The notes under the pieces: generated by a model
The model's input: the letters and a program-made list of their open reading frames with translations, nothing else
Told to the model about the DNA's origin: nothing
Database searches by the model: none
Translations under genes and position numbers: made by a program
Assembly: GCA_030390025.1 (NCBI GenBank)
Contig: JASTWF010000352.1
Span: 434,001 to 498,000 of the forward strand
Direction of reading: 5' to 3'
Origin: Squalus acanthias
Lineage: Eukaryota
DNA: 64,000 nucleotides
Part shown: one piece after another, positions 1 to 15,000 of the stretch
Position numbering within the stretch: the stretch's first letter is position 1
Layout of the letters: the number at the start of each line of letters is the position of its first letter

Positions 1-3000
1 CAGACCAGGGTTCCTGGGGACAGACCCCACAGACCCATCTCCCTTATCCTGTAACAGACCAGGATTCCTGGGGACAGACTCCACAGACCCGTCTCCCTTA
101 TCCTGTAACAGACCAGGATTCCTGGGGACAGACCCATTTCCCTTATCCTGTAACAGACCAGGGTTCCTGTGGACAGACCCCACAGACCCGTCTCCCTTAT
201 CCTGTAACAGACCAGGGTTCCTGGGGACAGACCCATCTCCCTTATCCTGTAACAGACAAGGGTTCCTGGGGACAGACTCAACAGACCCATCTCCCTTATC
301 CTGTAACAGACAAGGGTTCCTGGGGACAGACCCCACAGACCCATCTCCCTTATCCTGTAACAGACCAGTGTTCCTGGGGACAGACCCCACAGACCCATCT
401 CCCTTATCCTGTAACAGACCAGGGTTCCTGGGGACAGACCCATCTCCCTTATCCTGTAACAGACCAGGGTTCCTGGGGACAGACCCTACAGACCCATCTC
501 CCTTATCCTGTAACAGACCAGGATTCCTGGGGACAGGCCCCACAGACCCATCTCCCTTATCCTGTAACAGACCAGGGTTCCTGGGGACAGACCCCACAGA
601 CCCATCTCCCTTATCGTGTAACAGACCTGGGTTCCTGGGGACAGACCCCACAGACCCATCTCCCATATCCTGTAACAGACCTGGGTTCCTGGGGATAGAC
701 CCCACAGACCCATCTCCCATATCCTGTAACAGACCAGGGTTCCTGGGGACAGACCCCACAGACCCATCTCCCTTATCCTGTAACAGACCTGGGTTCCTGG
801 GGACAGACCCCACAGACCCATCTCCCATATCCTGTAACAGACCTGGGTTCCTGGGGATAGACCCCAAAAACCCATCTCCCTTATCCTGTAACAGACCAGG
901 GTTCCTGGGGACAGACCCCACAGACCCATCTCCCTTATCCTGTAACAGACCAGGGTTCCTGGGGACAGACCCATCTCCCTTATCCTGTAACAGACCAGGG
1001 TTCCTGGGGACAGACCACACAGACCCATCTCCCTTATCCTGTAACAGACCAGGGTTCCTGGGGACAGACCCATCTCCCTTATCCTGTAACAGACCAGGGT
1101 TCCTGGGGACAGACCCATCTCCCTTATCCTGTAACAGACCAGGGTTCCTGGGGACAGACCCCACAGACCCATCTCCCTTATCCTGTAACAGACCAGGGTT
1201 CCTGTGGATAGACCCCAAAAACCCATCTCCCTTATCCTGTAACAGACCAGGGTTCCTGTGGATAGACCCATCTCCCTTATCCTGTAACAGACCAGGGTTC
1301 CTGGGGACAGACCCATCTCCCTCATCCTGTAACAGACCAGGGTTCCTGAGGATAGACCACAAAGACCCATCTCCCTTATCCTGCAACAGACCAGGGTTCC
1401 TGGGGACACACCCCAGAGACCCATCTCCCTTATCCTGTAACAGACCAGGGTTCCTGGGGACAGACCCCTCTCCCTTATCCTGTAACAGACCTGGGTTCCT
1501 GGGGACAGACACATCTCCCTTATCCTGTAACAGACAAGGGTTCCTGGGGACAGACTCCACAGACCCATCTCCCTTATCCTGTAACAGACCAGGGTTCCTG
1601 GGGACAGACTCAACAGACCCATCTCCCTTATCCTGTAACAGACCAGGGTTCCTGGGGACAGACTCCACAGACGCGTCTCCCTTATCCTGTAACAGACCAG
1701 GGTTCCTGGGGACAGACCCATCTCCCTTATCCTGTAACAGACCAGGGTTCCTGGGGACAGGCCCCACAGACCCATCTCCCTTATCCTGTAACAGACCAGG
1801 GTTCCTGTGGACAGACCCCACAGACCCATCTCCCTTATCCTGTAACAGACCAGGGTTCCTGGGGACAGACCCCACAGACCCGTCTCCCTTATCCTGTAAC
1901 AGACCAGGGTTCCTGGGGACAGACCCATCTCCCTTATCCTGTAACAGACCAGGGTTCCTGGGGACAGACCCCACAGACCCATCTCCCTTATCCTGTAACA
2001 GACCAGTGTTCCTGGGGACAGACCCATCTCCCTTATCCTGTAACAGACCAGGGTTCCTGGGGACAGACCCATCTCCCTTATCTTGTAACAGACCAGGGTT
2101 CCTGGGGACAGACCCATCTCCCTTATCCTGTAACAGACCAGGGTTCCTGGGGACAGGGCCCACAGACCCATCTCCCTTATCCTGTAACAGACCAGGGTTC
2201 CTGGGGACAGACCCATCTCCCTTATCCTGTAACAGACCAGGGTTCCTGGGGACAGGGCCCACAGACCCATCTCCCTTATCCTGCAACAGACCAGGGTTCC
2301 TGGGGACAGACCCCACAGACCCATCTCCCTTATCCTGTAACAGACCAGGGTTCCTGTGGATAGACCCCAAAAACCCATCTCCCTTATCCTGTAACAGACC
2401 AGGGTTCTTGGGGACAGACCCCAAAAACCCATCTCCCTTATCCTGCAACAGACCAGGGTTCCTGTGGACAGACCCATCTCCCTTATCTTGTAACAGACCA
2501 GGGTTCCTGGGGACAGACCCATCTCCCTTATCCTGTAACAGACCAGGGTTCCTGAGGATAGACCACAAAGACCCATCTCCCTTATCCTGTAACAGACCAG
2601 GGTTCCTGGGGACACACCCCAGAGACCCATCTCCCTTATCCTGTAACAGACCAGGGTTCCTGTGGATAGACCCCAAAAACCCATCTCCCTTATCCTGTAA
2701 CAGACCAGGGTTCCTGGGGACAGACCCATCTCCCTTCTGCTGTAACAGGCCAGGGTTCCTGGGGACAGACCCCACAGACCCATCTCCCTTGTCCTGTAAC
2801 AGACCAGGGTTCCTGGGGACAGACCCCACAGACCCATCTCCCTTATCCTGTAACAGACCAGGGTTTCTGGGGACAGACCCCACAGACGCATCTCCCTTAT
2901 CCTGTAACAGACCAGGGTTCCTGGGGACAGACCCATCTCCCTTATCCTGTAACAGACCAGGGTTCCTGGGGACAGACCCCACAGACCCATCTCCCTTATC

Positions 3001-6000
3001 CTGTAACAGACCAGGGTTCCTGGGGACAGACTCCACAGACCCATCTCCCTTATCCTGTAACAGACCAGGGTTCCTGGGGACAGACCCATCTCCCTTAGCC
3101 TGTAACAGACCAGGGTTCCTGGGGACAGACCCCACAGACCCATCTCCCTTATCCTGTAACAGACCAGGGATCCTGGGGACAGACCACACAGACCCATCTC
3201 CCTTATCCTGTAACAGACCAGGGTTCCTGTGGATAGACCCCACAGACCCATCTCCCTTATCCTGTAACAGACCAGGGTTCCTGGGGACAGACTCCACAGA
3301 CCCATCTCCCTTATCCTGTAACAGACCAGGGTTCCTGGGGACAGACCCCACAGACCCATCTCCCTTACCCTGTAACAGACCAGGTTTCCTGGGGACAGAC
3401 CCCACAGACCCATCTCCCTTATCCTGTAACAGACCAGGGTTCCTGGGGACAGACACCATCTCCCTTATCCTGTAACAGACAAGGGTTCCTGTGGACAGAC
3501 CCCACAGACCCATCTCCCTTATCCTGTAACAGACCAGGGTTCCTGGGGACAGACCCATCTCCCTTATCCTGTAACAGACCAGGGTTCCTGGGGACAGACT
3601 CCACAGACCCATCTCCCTTATCCTGTAACAGACCAGGGTTCCTGGGGACAAACCCATCTCCCTTATCCTGTAACAGACCAGGGTTCCTGGGGCCAGACCC
3701 CACAGACCCATCTCCCTTATCCTGTAACAGACCAGGGTTCCTGGGCTGGACCCCACAGACCCATCTCCCTTATCCTGTAACTGACCAGGGTTCCTGGGGA
3801 CAGACTCAACAGACCCGTCTCACTCATCCTGTAACAGACCAGGGTTCCTGGAGACAGACCCATCTCCCTTATCCTGTAACAGACCAGGGTTCCTGGGGAC
3901 AGACCCCACAGACCCCTCTCCCTTATCCTGTAACAGACCAGGGTTCCTGGGGACAGACCCATCTCCCTTATCCAGTAACAGACCAGGGTTCCTGTGGACA
4001 GGCCCCACAGACCCATCTCCCTTATCCTGTAACAGACCAGGGGTCCTGTGGATAGACCCCAAAGACCCATCTCCTTTATCCTGTAACAGACCAGGGTTCC
4101 TGGGGATAGACCCATCTCCCTTATCCTGTAACAGAGAAGGGTTCCTGGGGATAGACCCCACAGACCCATCTCCCTTATCCTGTAACAGACCAGGGTTCCT
4201 GAGGATAGACCACAAAGACCCATCTCCCTTATCCTGTAACAGACCAGGGTTCCTGGGGCACACCCCAGAGACCCATCTCCCTTATCCTGTAACAGACCAG
4301 GGTTCCTGAGGATAGACCACAAAGACCCATCTCCCTTATCCTGTAACAGACCAGGGTTCCTGGGGACACACCCCAGAGACCCATCTCCCTTATCCTGTAA
4401 CAGATCAGGGTTCCTGGGGACAGACCCATCTCCGTTATCCTGTAGCAGACCAGGGTTCCTGGGGACAGACCCATCTCACTTATCCTGTAACAGGCCAGGG
4501 TTCCTGGGGACAGACCCCACAGACCCATCTCCCTTATCCTGTAACAGACCAGGGTTCCTGGGGACAGACCCCACAGACTCATCTCCCTTATCCTGTAACA
4601 GACCAGGGTTCCTGGGGACAGACCCCACAGACCCATCTCCCTTATCCTGTAACAGACCAGGGTTCCTGGGGACAGACCCATCTCCCTTATCCTGTAACAG
4701 ACCAGGGTTCCTGGGGACAGACCCCACAGACCCATCTCCCTTATCCTGTAACAGACCAGGGTTCCTGTGGATAGACCCCACAGACCCATCTCCCTTATCC
4801 TGTAACAGACCAGTGTTCCTGTGGATAGACCCCACAGACCCATCTCCCTTATCCTGTAACAGACCAGGGTTCCTGGGGACAGACCACACAGACCCATCTC
4901 CCTTATCCTGTAACAGACCAGGGTTCCTGGGGACAGACTCCACAGACCCATCTCCCTTATCCTGTAACAGACCAGGGTTCCTGGGAACAGATCCCACAGA
5001 CCCATCTCCCTTATCCTGTAACAGACCAGGGTTCCTGTGGATAGACCCCAAAGACCCATCTCCCTTATCCTGTAACAGACCAGGGTTCCTGGGGATAGAC
5101 CCATCTCCCTTATCCTGTAACAGAGAAGGGTTCCTGGGGATAGACCCCACAGACCCATCTCCCTTATCCTGTAACAGACCAGGGTTCCTGGGGACACACC
5201 CCAGAGACCCATCTCCCTTAACCTGTAACAGACCAGGGTTCCTGGGGACAGACCCATCTCCCTTATCCTGTAGCAGACCAGGGTTCCTGGGGACAGACCC
5301 ATCTCCCTTATCCTGTAACAGGCCAGGGTTCCTGGGGACAGACCCCACAGACCCATCTCCCTTATCCTGTAACAGACCAGGGTTCCTGGGGACAGACCCC
5401 ACAGACCCATCTCCCTTATCCTTTAACAGACCAGGGTTCCTGGGGACAGACCCCACAGACCCATCTCCCTTATCCTGTAACAGACCAGGGTTCCTGGGGA
5501 CAGACCCCACAGACCCATCTCCCTTATCCTGTAACAGACCAGGGTTCCTGGGGACAGACCCCACAGACCCATCTCCCTTATCCTGTAACAGACCAGGGTT
5601 CCTGGGGACAGACCCCACAGACCCATCTCCCTTACCCTGTAACAGACCAGGGTTCCTGGGGACAGACCCCACAGACCCATCTCCCTTATCCTGCAACAGA
5701 CCAGGGTTCCTGGGGACAGACTCCACAGACCCATCTCCCTTATCCTGTAACAGACCAGGGTTCCTGTGGACAGACCCATCTCCCTAATCCTGTAACAGAC
5801 CAGTGTTCCTGTGGACAGACCCATCTCCCTTATCCTGTAACAGACCAGGGTTCCTGTGGACAGACCCATCTACCTTATCCTGTAACAGACCAGGGTTCCT
5901 GGGGACAGACCCCACAGACCCATCTCGCTTATCCTGTAACAGACCAGGGTTCCTGGAGACAGACCCATCTCCCTTATCCTGTAACAGACCAGGGTTCCTG

Positions 6001-9000
6001 GGGACAGACCCCACAGACCCATCACCCTTATCCTGTAACAGACCAGGGTTCCTGGGGACAGACCCCACAGACCCATCTCCCTTATCCTGTAACAGACCAG
6101 GGTTCCTGGGGACAGATCCCACAGACCCATCTCCCTTATCCTGTAACAGACCAGGGTTCCTGGGGACAGACCCATCTCCCTTATCCTGTAACAGACCAGG
6201 GTTCCTGGGGACAGACCCATCTCCCTTATCCTGTAACAGACCAGGGTTCCTGTGGATAGACCCCAAAAACCCATCTCCCTTATCCTGTAACAGACCAGGG
6301 TTCCTGTGGACAGGCCCCACACACCCATCTCCCTTATACTGTAACAGACCAGGGTTCCTGTGGACAGGCCCCAAAAACCCATCTCCCTTATCCTGTAACA
6401 GACCAGGGTTCCTGGGGACAGACCCATCTCCCTTATCCAGTAACAGACCAGGGTTCCTGTGGACAGGCCCCACAGACCCATCTCCCTTATCCTGTAACAG
6501 ACCAGGGTTCCTGGGGATAGACCCATCTCCCTTATCCTGTAACAGAGAAGGGTTCCTGGGGATAGACCCCACAGACCCATCTCCCTTATCCTGTAACAGA
6601 CCAGGGTTTCTGGGGATAGACCACAAAGACCCATCTCCCTTATCCTGTAACAGACCAGGGTTCTTAGGGACACACCCCAGAGACCCATCTCCCTTATCCT
6701 GTAACAGACCAGGGTTCCTGTGGATAGACCTCAAAAACCCATCTCCCTTATCCTGTAACAGACCAGGGTTCCTGGGGACAGACCCATCTCCGTTATCCTG
6801 TAGCAGACCAGGGTTCCTGGGGACAGACCCATCTCCCTTATCCTGTAACAGGCCAGGGTTCCTGGGGACAGACCCCACAGACCCATCTCCCTTATCCTGT
6901 AACAGACCAGGGTTCCTGGGGACAGACCCCACAGACCCATCTCCCTTATCCTGTAACAGACCAGGGTTCCTGGGGACAGACCCCACAGACCCATCTCCCT
7001 TATCCTGTAACAGACCAGGGTTCCTGGGGACAGACCCATCTCCCTTACCCTGTAACAGACCAGGGTTCCTGGGGACAGACCCCACAGACCCATCTCCCTT
7101 ATCCTGTAACAGACCAGGGTTCCTGGGGACAGACCCCAACTCCCTTATCCTGTAACAGACAAGGGTTCCTGTGGATAGACCACACAGACCCATCTCCCTT
7201 ATCCTGTAACAGACCAGGGTTCCTGGGGACAGACCACACAGACCCATCTCCCTTATCCTGTAACAGACCAGGGTTCCTGTGGATAGACCCCACTGACCCA
7301 TCTCCCTTATCCTGTAACAGACCAGGGTTCCTGGGGACAGACTCCACAGACCCATCTCCCTTATCCTGTAACAGACCAGGGTTCCTGTGGACAGACCCAT
7401 CTCCCTTATCCTGTAACAGACCAGGGTTCCTGGGGACAGACCCCACAGACCCATCTACCTTATCCTGTAACAGACCAGGGTTCCTGTGGATAGACCCCAA
7501 AAACCCATCTCCCTTATCCTGTAACACACCAGGGTTCCTGGGGACAGACCCATCTCCCTTATCCTGTAACAGACCAGGGTTCCTGGGGACAGACCCCACA
7601 GACCCATCTCCCTTATCCTGTAACAGACCAGGGTTCCTGGGGACAGACCCATCTCCCTTATCCTGTAACAGACCAGGGTTCCTGGGGACAGACCCACCTC
7701 CCTTATCCTGTAACAGACCAGGGTTCCTGGGGACAGACCCCACAGACCCATCTCCCTTATCCTGTAACAGACCAGGGTTCCTGGAGACAGAACCATCTAC
7801 CTTATCCTGTAACAGACCAGGGTTCCTGGGGACAGACGCATCTCCCTTATCCTGTAACAGACCAGGGTTTCTGGGGACAGACCCCACAGACCCATCTCCA
7901 TTATCCTGTAACAGACCAGGGTTCCTGTGGACACACCCCAGAGACCCATCTCCCTTATCCTGTAACAGACCAGGGTTCCTGGGGACAGACCCATCTCCCT
8001 TATCCTGTAACAGATCAGGGCTCCTGGGGACAGACCCATCTCCCTTATCCAGTAACAGACCAGGGTTCCTGTGGACAGGCCCCACAGACCCATCTCCCTT
8101 ATCCTGTAACAGACCAGGGTTCCTGTGGATAGACCCCAAAGACCCATCTCCCTTATCCTGTAACAGACCAGGGTTCCTGGGGATAGACCCATCTCCCTTA
8201 TCCTGTAACAGACCAGGGTTCCTGTGGATAGACCCCAAAAAACCTTCTCCCTTATCCTGTAACAGACTAGGGTTCCTGGGGACAGACCCCACAGACCCAT
8301 CTCCCTTATCCTGTAACAGACCAGGGTTCCTGTGGATAGACCCCACAGACCCATCTCCCTTATCCTGTAACAGACCAGGGTTCCTGGGGACAGACTCCAC
8401 AGACCCATCTCCCTTATCCTGTAACAGACCAGGGTTCCTGTGGATAGACCCCACAGACCCATCTCCCTTATCCTGTAACAGACCAGGTTTCCTGGGGACA
8501 GACCCCACAGACCCATCTCCCTTATCCTGTAACAGACCAGGTTTCCTGGGGACAGACCCCACAGACCCATCTCCCTTATCCTGTAACAGACCAGGGTTCC
8601 TGGGGACAGACCCATCTCCCTTATCCTGTAACAGACCAGGGTTCCTGTGGACAGGCCCCACAGACCCATCTCCCTTATCCTGTAACAGACCAGGGATCCT
8701 GTGGACAGTCCCCACAGACCCATCTCCCTTATCCTGTAACAGACCAGGGTTCCTGGGGATAGACCCATCTCCCTTATCCTGTAACAGACCAGGGTTCCTG
8801 GGGATAGACCCATCTCCCTTATCCTGTAACAGACCAGGGTTCCTGGGGATAGACCCCACAGACCCATCTCCCTTATCCTGTAACAGACCAGGGTTCCTGG
8901 GGTTAGACCACAAAGACCCATCTCCCTTATCCTGTAACAGACCAGGGTTCCTGGGGATAGATCCCACAGACCCATCTCCCTTATCCTGTAACAGACCAGG

Positions 9001-12000
9001 GTTCCTGTGGACAGACCCCACAGACCCATCTCCCTTATCCTGTAACAGACCAGGGTTCCTGTGGATAGACCCCAAAAACCCATCTCCCTTATCCTGTAAC
9101 AGACCAGGGTTCCTGGGGACAGACCCATCGCCCTTATCCTGTAACAGACCAGGGTTCCTGGGGACAGACCCCACAGACCCATCTCCCTTATCATGTAACA
9201 GACCAGGATTCCTGGGGACAGACCCCACAGACCCATCTCCCTTATCCTGTAACAGACCAGGGTTCCTGGGGACAGACCCATCTCCCTTATCCTGTAACAG
9301 ACCAGGGTTCCTGGGGACAGACTCCACAGACCCATCTCCCTTATCCTGTAACAGACCAGGGTTCCTGTGGACAGACCCATCTCCCTTATCCTGTAACAGA
9401 CCAGGGTTCCTGTGGACAGACCCATCTCCCTTATCCTGTAACAGACCAGGTTTCCTGTGGATGACCCCAAAAACCCATCTCCCTTATCCTGTAACAGACC
9501 AGGGTTCCTGGGGACAGACCCATCTCCCTTATCCTGTAACAGAGCAGGGTTCCTGGGGACAGACCCCACAGACCCATCTCCCTTATCCTGTAACAGACCA
9601 GGGTTCCTGGGGACAGACCCATCTCCCTTATCCTGTAACAGAGCAGGGTTCCTGGGGACAGACCCCACAGACCCATCTCCCTTATCCTGTAACAGACCAG
9701 GGTTCCTGGGGACAGACCCATCTCCCTTATCCTGTAACAGACCAGGGTTGCTGTGGACAGACCACACAGACCCATCTCCCTTATCCTGTAACAGATCAGG
9801 GTTCCTGGGGACAGATCCCACAGACCCATCTCCTTTATTTTGTAACAGACCAGGGTTCCTGTGGATAGACCCCACAGACCCATCTCCCTTATCCTGTAAC
9901 AGACCAGGGTTCCTGTGGACAGACCCATCTCCCTTATCCTGTAACAGACCAGGGTTCCTGTGGATCGACCCCAAAAACCCATCTCCCTTATCCATTAACA
10001 GACCAGGGTTCCTGGGGACAGACCCATCTCCCTTATCCTGTAACAGACCAGGGTTCCTGGGGACAGACCCATCTCCCTTATCCTGTAACAGACCAGGGTT
10101 CCTGGGGACAGACCTCACAGACCCATCTCCCTTATCCTGTAACAGACCAGGGTTCCTCTGGACAGGCCCCACAGACCCATCTCCCTTATCCTGTAACAGA
10201 CCAGGGTTCCTGTGGACAGACCCCACAGACCCATCTCCCTTATCCTGTAACAGATCAGGGTTCCTGGGGACAGACCCCACAGACCCATCTCCCTTATCCT
10301 GTAACAGACCAGGGTTCCTGTGGATAGACCCCAAAAACCCATCTCCCTTATCCTGTAACAGACCAGGGTTCCTGGGGACAGGCCCCACAGACCCATCTCC
10401 ATTATCCTGTAACAGACCAGGGTTCCTGGGGACAGACCCCACAGACCCATCTCCCTTATCCTGTAACAGACCAGGGTTCCTGTGGATAGACCCCAAAAAC
10501 CCATCTCCCTTATCCTGTAACAGACCAGGATTCCTGGGGACAGACCCCACAGACCCATCTCCCTTATCCTGTAACAGACCAGGGTTCCTGTGGATAGACC
10601 CCAAAAACCCATCTCCCTTATCCTGTAACAGACCAGGGTTCCTGGGGACAGACCCCACAGACCCGTCTCCCTTATCCTGTAACAGACCAGGGTTCCTGGG
10701 GACAGACCCATCTCCCTTATCCTGTAACAGACCAGGATTCCTGTGGACAGACCCCACAGACCCATCTCCCTTATCCTGTAACAGACCAGGGTTCCTGGGG
10801 ACAGACCCATCTCCCTTATCCTGTAACAGACCAGGGTTCCTGGGGACAGACCCCACAGACCCATCTCCCTTATCCTGTAACAGACCAGGGTTCCTGGGGA
10901 CAGACCCATCTCCCTTATCCTGTAACAGACCAGGGTTCCTGGGGACAGACCCATCTCCCTTATCCTGTAACAGACCAGGGTTCCTGGGGACAGACCCATC
11001 TCCCTTATCCTGCAACAGACCAGGGTTCCTGGGGACAGACCCCACAGACCCATCTCCCTTATCCTGTAACAGACCAGGGTTCCTGGGGAGAGACCCATCT
11101 CCCTTATCCTGTAACAGACCAGGTGTTCCTGGGGACAGACCCATCTCCCTTATCTTGTAACAGACCAGGGTTCCTGGGGACAGACCCATCTCCCTTATCC
11201 TGTAACAGACCAGGGTTCCTGGGGACAGACTCCACAGACCCATCTCCCTCATCCTGTAACAGACCAGGGTTCCTGTGGACAGACCCATCTCCCTTATCCT
11301 GCAACAGACCAGGGTTCCTGTGGATAGACCCCAAAAACCCATCTCCCTTATCCTGTAACAGACCAGGGTTCCTGGGCCAGACCCCACAGACCCATCTCCT
11401 TTATCCTGTAACAGACCAGGGTTCCTGTGGATAGACCCCAAAAACCCATCTCCCTTATCCTGTAACAGACCAGGGTTCCTGGGGACAGGGCCAACAGACC
11501 CATCTCCCTTATCCTGTAACAGACCAGGGTTCCTGGGGACAGACCCATCTCCCTTATCCTGTAACAGACCAGGGTTCCTGGGGACAGACCCCACAGACCC
11601 ATCTCCCTTATCCTGTAACAGACCAGGGTTCCTGGAGACAGAACCATCTACCTTATCCTGTAACAGACCAGGGTTCCTGGGGACAGACGCATCTCCCTTA
11701 TCCTGTAACAGACCAGGGATTCTGGGGACAGACCCCACAGACCCATCTCCATTATCCTGTAACAGACCAGGGTTCCTGGGGACAGACTCCACAGACCCAT
11801 CTCCCTTATCCTGTAACAGACCAGTGTTCCTGGGGACAGACCCCACAGACCCATCTCCCTTATCCTGTAACAGACCAGGGTTCCTGTGGACAGACCCATC
11901 TCCCTTATCCTGTAACAGATCAGGGTTCCTGGGGACAGATCCCACAGACCCATCTCCTTTATCCTGTAACAGACCAGGGTTCCTGTGGACACACCCCAGA

Positions 12001-15000
12001 GACCCATCTCCCTTATCCTGTAACAGACCAGGGTTCCTGGGGACAGACCCATCTCCCTTATCCTGTAACAGATCAGGGCTCCTGGGGACAGACCCATCTC
12101 CCTTATCCAGTAAGAGACCAGGGTTCCTGTGGACAGGCCCCACAGACCCATCTCCCTTATCCTGTAACAGACCAGGGTTCCTGTGGATAGACCCCAAAGA
12201 CCCATCTCCCTTATCCTGTAACAGACCAGGGTTCCTGGGGATAGACCCATCTCCCTTACCCTGTAACAGACCAGGGTTCCTGTGGATAGACCCCAAAAAA
12301 CCTTCTCCCTTATCCTGTAACAGACTAGGGTTCCTGGGGACAGACCCCACAGACCCATCTCCCTTATCCTGTAACAGACCAGGGTTCCTGTGGATAGACC
12401 CCACAGACCCATCTCCCTTATCCTGTAACAGACCAGGGTTCCTGGGGACAGACTCCACAGACCCATCTCCCTTATCCTGTAACAGACCAGGGTTCCTGTG
12501 GATAGACCCCACAGACCCATCTCCCTTATCCTGTAACAGACCAGGTTTCCTGGGGACAGACCCCACAGACCCATCTCCCTTATCCTGTAACAGACCAGGT
12601 TTCCTGGGGACAGACCCCACAGACCCATCTCCCTTATCCTGTAACAGACCAGGGTTCCTGGGGACAGACCCATCTCCCTTATCCTGTAACAGACCAGGGT
12701 TCCTGTGGACAGGCCCCACAGACCCATCTCCCTTATCCTGTAACAGACCAGGGATCCTGTGGACAGGCCCCACAGACCCATCTCCCTTATCCTGTAACAG
12801 ACCAGGGTTCCTGGGGATAGACCCATCTCCCTTATCCTGTAACAGACCAGGGTTCCTGGGGATAGACCCATCTCCCTTATCCTGTAACAGACCAGGGTTC
12901 CTGGGGATAGACCCCACAGACCCATCTCCCTTATCCTGTAACAGACCAGGGTTCCTGGGGTTAGACCACAAAGACCCATCTCCCTTATCCTGTAACAGAC
13001 CAGGGTTCCTGGGGATAGATCCCACAGACCCATCTCCCTTATCCTGTAACAGACCAGGGTTCCTGTGGACAGACCCCACAGACCCATCTCCCTTATCCTG
13101 TAACAGACCAGGGTTCCTGTGGATAGACCCCAAAAACCCATCTCCCTTATCCTGTAACAGACCAGGGTTCCTGGGGACAGACCCCAAAAAACCTTCTCCC
13201 TTATCCTGTAACAGACTAGGGTTCCTGGGGACAGACCCCACAGACCCATCTCCCTTATCCTGTAACAGACCAGGGTTCCTGTGGATAGACCCCACAGACC
13301 CATCTCCCTTATCCTGTAACAGACCAGGGTTCCTGGGGACAGACTCCACAGACCCATCTCCCTTATCCTGTAACAGACCAGGGTTCCTGTGGATAGACCC
13401 CACAGACCCATCTCCCTTATCCTGTAACAGACCAGGTTTCCTGGGGACAGACCCCACAGACCCATCTCCCTTATCCTGTAACAGACCAGGTTTCCTGGGG
13501 ACAGACCCCACAGACCCATCTCCCTTATCCTGTAACAGACCAGGGTTCCTGGGGACAGACCCATCTCCCTTATCCTGTAACAGACCAGGGTTCCTGTGGA
13601 CAGGCCCCACAGACCCATCTCCCTTATCCTGTAACAGACCAGGGATCCTGTGGACAGGCCCCACAGACCCATCTCCCTTATCCTGTAACAGACCAGGGTT
13701 CCTGGGGATAGACCCATCTCCCTTATCCTGTAACAGACCAGGGTTCCTGGGGATAGACCCATCTCCCTTATCCTGTAACAGACCAGGGTTCCTGGGGATA
13801 GACCCCACAGACCCATCTCCCTTATCCTGTAACAGACCAGGGTTCCTGGGGTTAGACCACAAAGACCCATCTCCCTTATCCTGTAACAGACCAGGGTTCC
13901 TGGGGATAGATCCCACAGACCCATCTCCCTTATCCTGTAACAGACCAGGGTTCCTGTGGACAGACCCCACAGACCCATCTCCCTTATCCTGTAACAGACC
14001 AGGGTTCCTGTGGATAGACCCCAAAAACCCATCTCCCTTATCCTGTAACAGACCAGGGTTCCTGGGGACAGACCCATCGCCCTTATCCTGTAACAGACCA
14101 GGGTTCCTGGGGACAGACCCCACAGACCCATCTCCCTTATCCTGTAACAGACCAGGGTTCCTGGGGACAGACCCATCTCCCTTATCCTGTAACAGACCAG
14201 GGTTGCTGTGGACAGACCACACAGACCCATCTCCCTTATCCTGTAACAGACCAGTGTTCCTGGGGACAGACCCCACAGACCCATCTCCCTTATCCTGTAA
14301 CAGATCAGGGTTCCTGGGGACAGATCCCACAGACCCATCTCCTTTATTTTGTAACAGACCAGGGTTCCTGTGGATAGACCCCACAGACCCATCTCCCTTA
14401 TCCTGTAACAGACCAGGGTTCCTGTGGACAGACCCATCTCCCTTATCCTGTAACAGACCAGGGTTCCTGTGGATCGACCCCAAAAACCCATCTCCCTTAT
14501 CCATTAACAGACCAGGGTTCCTGGGGACAGACCACACAGACCCATCTCCCTTATCCTGTAACAGACCAGGGTTCCTGTGGACAGACCCATCTCCCTTATC
14601 CTGTAACAGACCAGGGTTCCTGTGGATCGACCCCAAAAACCCATCTCCCTTATCCATTAACAGACCAGGGTTCCTGGGGATAGACTCCACAGACCCATCT
14701 CCCTTATCCTGTAACAGACCAGGGTTCCTGGGGACAGACCCATCTCCCTTATCCTGTAACAGACCAGGGTTCCTGGGGACAGACCTCACAGACCCATCTC
14801 CCTTATCCTGTAACAGACCAGGGTTCCTCTGGACAGGCCCCACAGACCCATCTCCCTTATCCTGTAACAGACCAGGGTTCCTGTGGACAGACCCCACAGA
14901 CCCATCTCCCTTATCCTGTAACAGACCAGGGTTCCTGGGGACAGACCCATCTCCCTTATCTTGTAACAGACCAGGGTTCCTGTGGATAGACCCCAAAAAC

